NCBI GenBank assembly: GCA_964016885.1 | Contig: OZ024741.1 | Span: forward strand, 239,320,001-239,384,000 | Reading direction: 5' to 3' | DNA: 64,000 nucleotides | Origin: Eledone cirrhosa | Lineage: Eukaryota | In this document: one piece after another, positions 62,388-64,000 of the stretch | Numbering within the stretch: position 1 is the stretch's first letter | Layout of the letters: every line of letters starts with the position of its first letter | Position numbers and translations under genes: made by a program | The notes under the pieces: model-generated | Databases searched by the model: none | What the model saw: the letters and a program-made list of their open reading frames with translations, nothing else | Told to the model about the DNA's origin: nothing

Positions 62388-63857
62388 CTGAAACAAGTAC
62401 ATCAACTCAACTTACTACAGAGTTCACAAACAGACAATAGTTATTTACTCATGACAATACTCAATCTCTTGTACACACATTCAACTAATATATAAAATAA
62501 AATTTAAAAATTCCTTTTACAACAAAAAGCACCCAGTCAACCTTGCAAGGTAGTTGTGTTGGTGTCATGTAAAATGGGTTCCATTATACACTGTAAGGCT
62601 GGTGGTACTATGAATGGCTTTCAGCTATAGAAAACCAAGCCAAAAGCAGGGCATTTGAACAAGATGTCACCTGACTTGTATGGACTCATAACATGACAGG
62701 GTGTCTAACCCATGCAAGTATGGAAAATGGATGTTAAATGATGATGCTGATGACACTAGACAATATTTTGATATCTTAGAATACCTTTGCATCTGCAAAT
62801 CCAACAGAAACAATCCCCATCATAATAATAATAATAGCTGCCATGAGAATTATTATAAACACTGTAGAGAAACACATAGCCAAAATCACAGGAATCATAC
62901 AAATATGTCATCATTATCATCTTATGTCTGCTTTCCATGATAGCATAAGTTGGAAGTGTTGGTATGGTCTATGTTAATGCTCACCTAGACAGGTCAGAGA
63001 TATACACCTCACTCATGCATTCCATTGTTTCTATGGTCAGATGCCCTTTCTAACACCAACAACTTTACATGGGGTAGTGGGTGCATTTTACCATGGTGTT
63101 GGCACTAGAAAGATTGTCATTTACTCAACAAAACTAAAATCCTCTCTCCCCTACATTGTCTTTGTTCAATTGCAAACCACTTTACAAATTGTACTGAGTT
63201 CATTTTAAGTGAGACCAACACTAGAGAGGTTGCCTTGTTCACTGCATAGCTAAAGAGTCCTCTGCTATCCATGTAAATTCCATTCCTCCAAGGTACCTGA
63301 GAGTGTGATTAGAAAGGGTGTAATTGATGGCCAAGAAGTTCTAAAAAGTATGAAAATTATTATCATTGGGGAAACTGAGCGATAAGATGGTAAGGATGAA
63401 GAGGAACAGCGGAGGCTTTATTTTGGTTGTTGGTAGGAGGTTGTCAAGGAAACAGCATGGACAATGTAATGGGATAGCAGTAGAGATGAGTCATGGTAGG
63501 AAAGAGCAAGTGATGGATAGCAACAGATGTTTGATAATAAGTGAAAGTAGTATAAAAGTAGCTAAAAGTTTCATATGAAAAAGAGAAAGATGGTTAATGG
63601 TAAAAGGTAACAGAACTGACGATGGACTTGAGTGACGGATATCAACGGATATGAGTTGTAAATGTCAACTGCCTTATAAAGTAGAGGGTGATGAAACTGA
63701 ATATGGACCAATCTAATACTGAATTTGTGGGGTATTGGTGAGTGAGAGTGATAAAGATAATGGGTGATGAACAAGAAATTGAGTACAGATAGATAGAATG
63801 CTCTCCCTTGAAAACCAGTCAGTATTTATGTAATAAAGGACATGGATAATAAAAATA

Positions 63858-64000
63858 ATTGTTTCTACTTTTGGCACAAGGCCAGAAAATAACCAGTGTA
63901 TTACTGGTACTTTATTTTATCGACCCCATAAGGATGAAAGGCAAAGTTAACCTCGGCGAGATTTGAACTCAGAATGGCAAGGGCCGTAACCCTATGCGTC
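63858..64000 (-). mobile_element. Family-1 SINE truncated by the window edge
   Basis: Matches the 35879-36061 copy. Confidence 0.8.

Overview
AT-rich animal genomic DNA that looks like an Octopus-type (coleoid cephalopod) tandem protocadherin cluster. All genes are on the minus strand, head-to-tail: six complete genes (A-F, numbered from low coordinates), the terminal exon of a seventh (G) and the leader of an eighth that runs off the left edge. Each gene appears to have four exons: (1) a conserved ~150-190 nt leader with conserved upstream motifs ending in AAT|GTAAGT; (2) one ~2.4 kb exon encoding signal peptide, EC1-EC6, TM and proximal tail; (3) a 136-154 nt cytoplasmic exon; (4) a terminal coding exon. 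Splice phases and exon lengths were checked by hand and give open frames in all six genes. EC1-EC3 diverge between paralogs while EC4-EC6/TM/tail are almost identical in DNA, and the switch falls at a non-canonical EC3-EC4 linker. Other points of interest: a conserved uORF (MKPLSHHSSSDTDNH) in the leader, a second splice-junction-spanning uORF, a YEEI + RxLPxxP Src-type docking tail, and a 110-bp palindrome carrying two hammerhead-ribozyme motifs in an intron of gene E. Introns hold SINEs, LINE fragments, MITEs, a Helitron and minisatellites. Species, TSS positions and all functional claims are inference; no alignment or database search was run.
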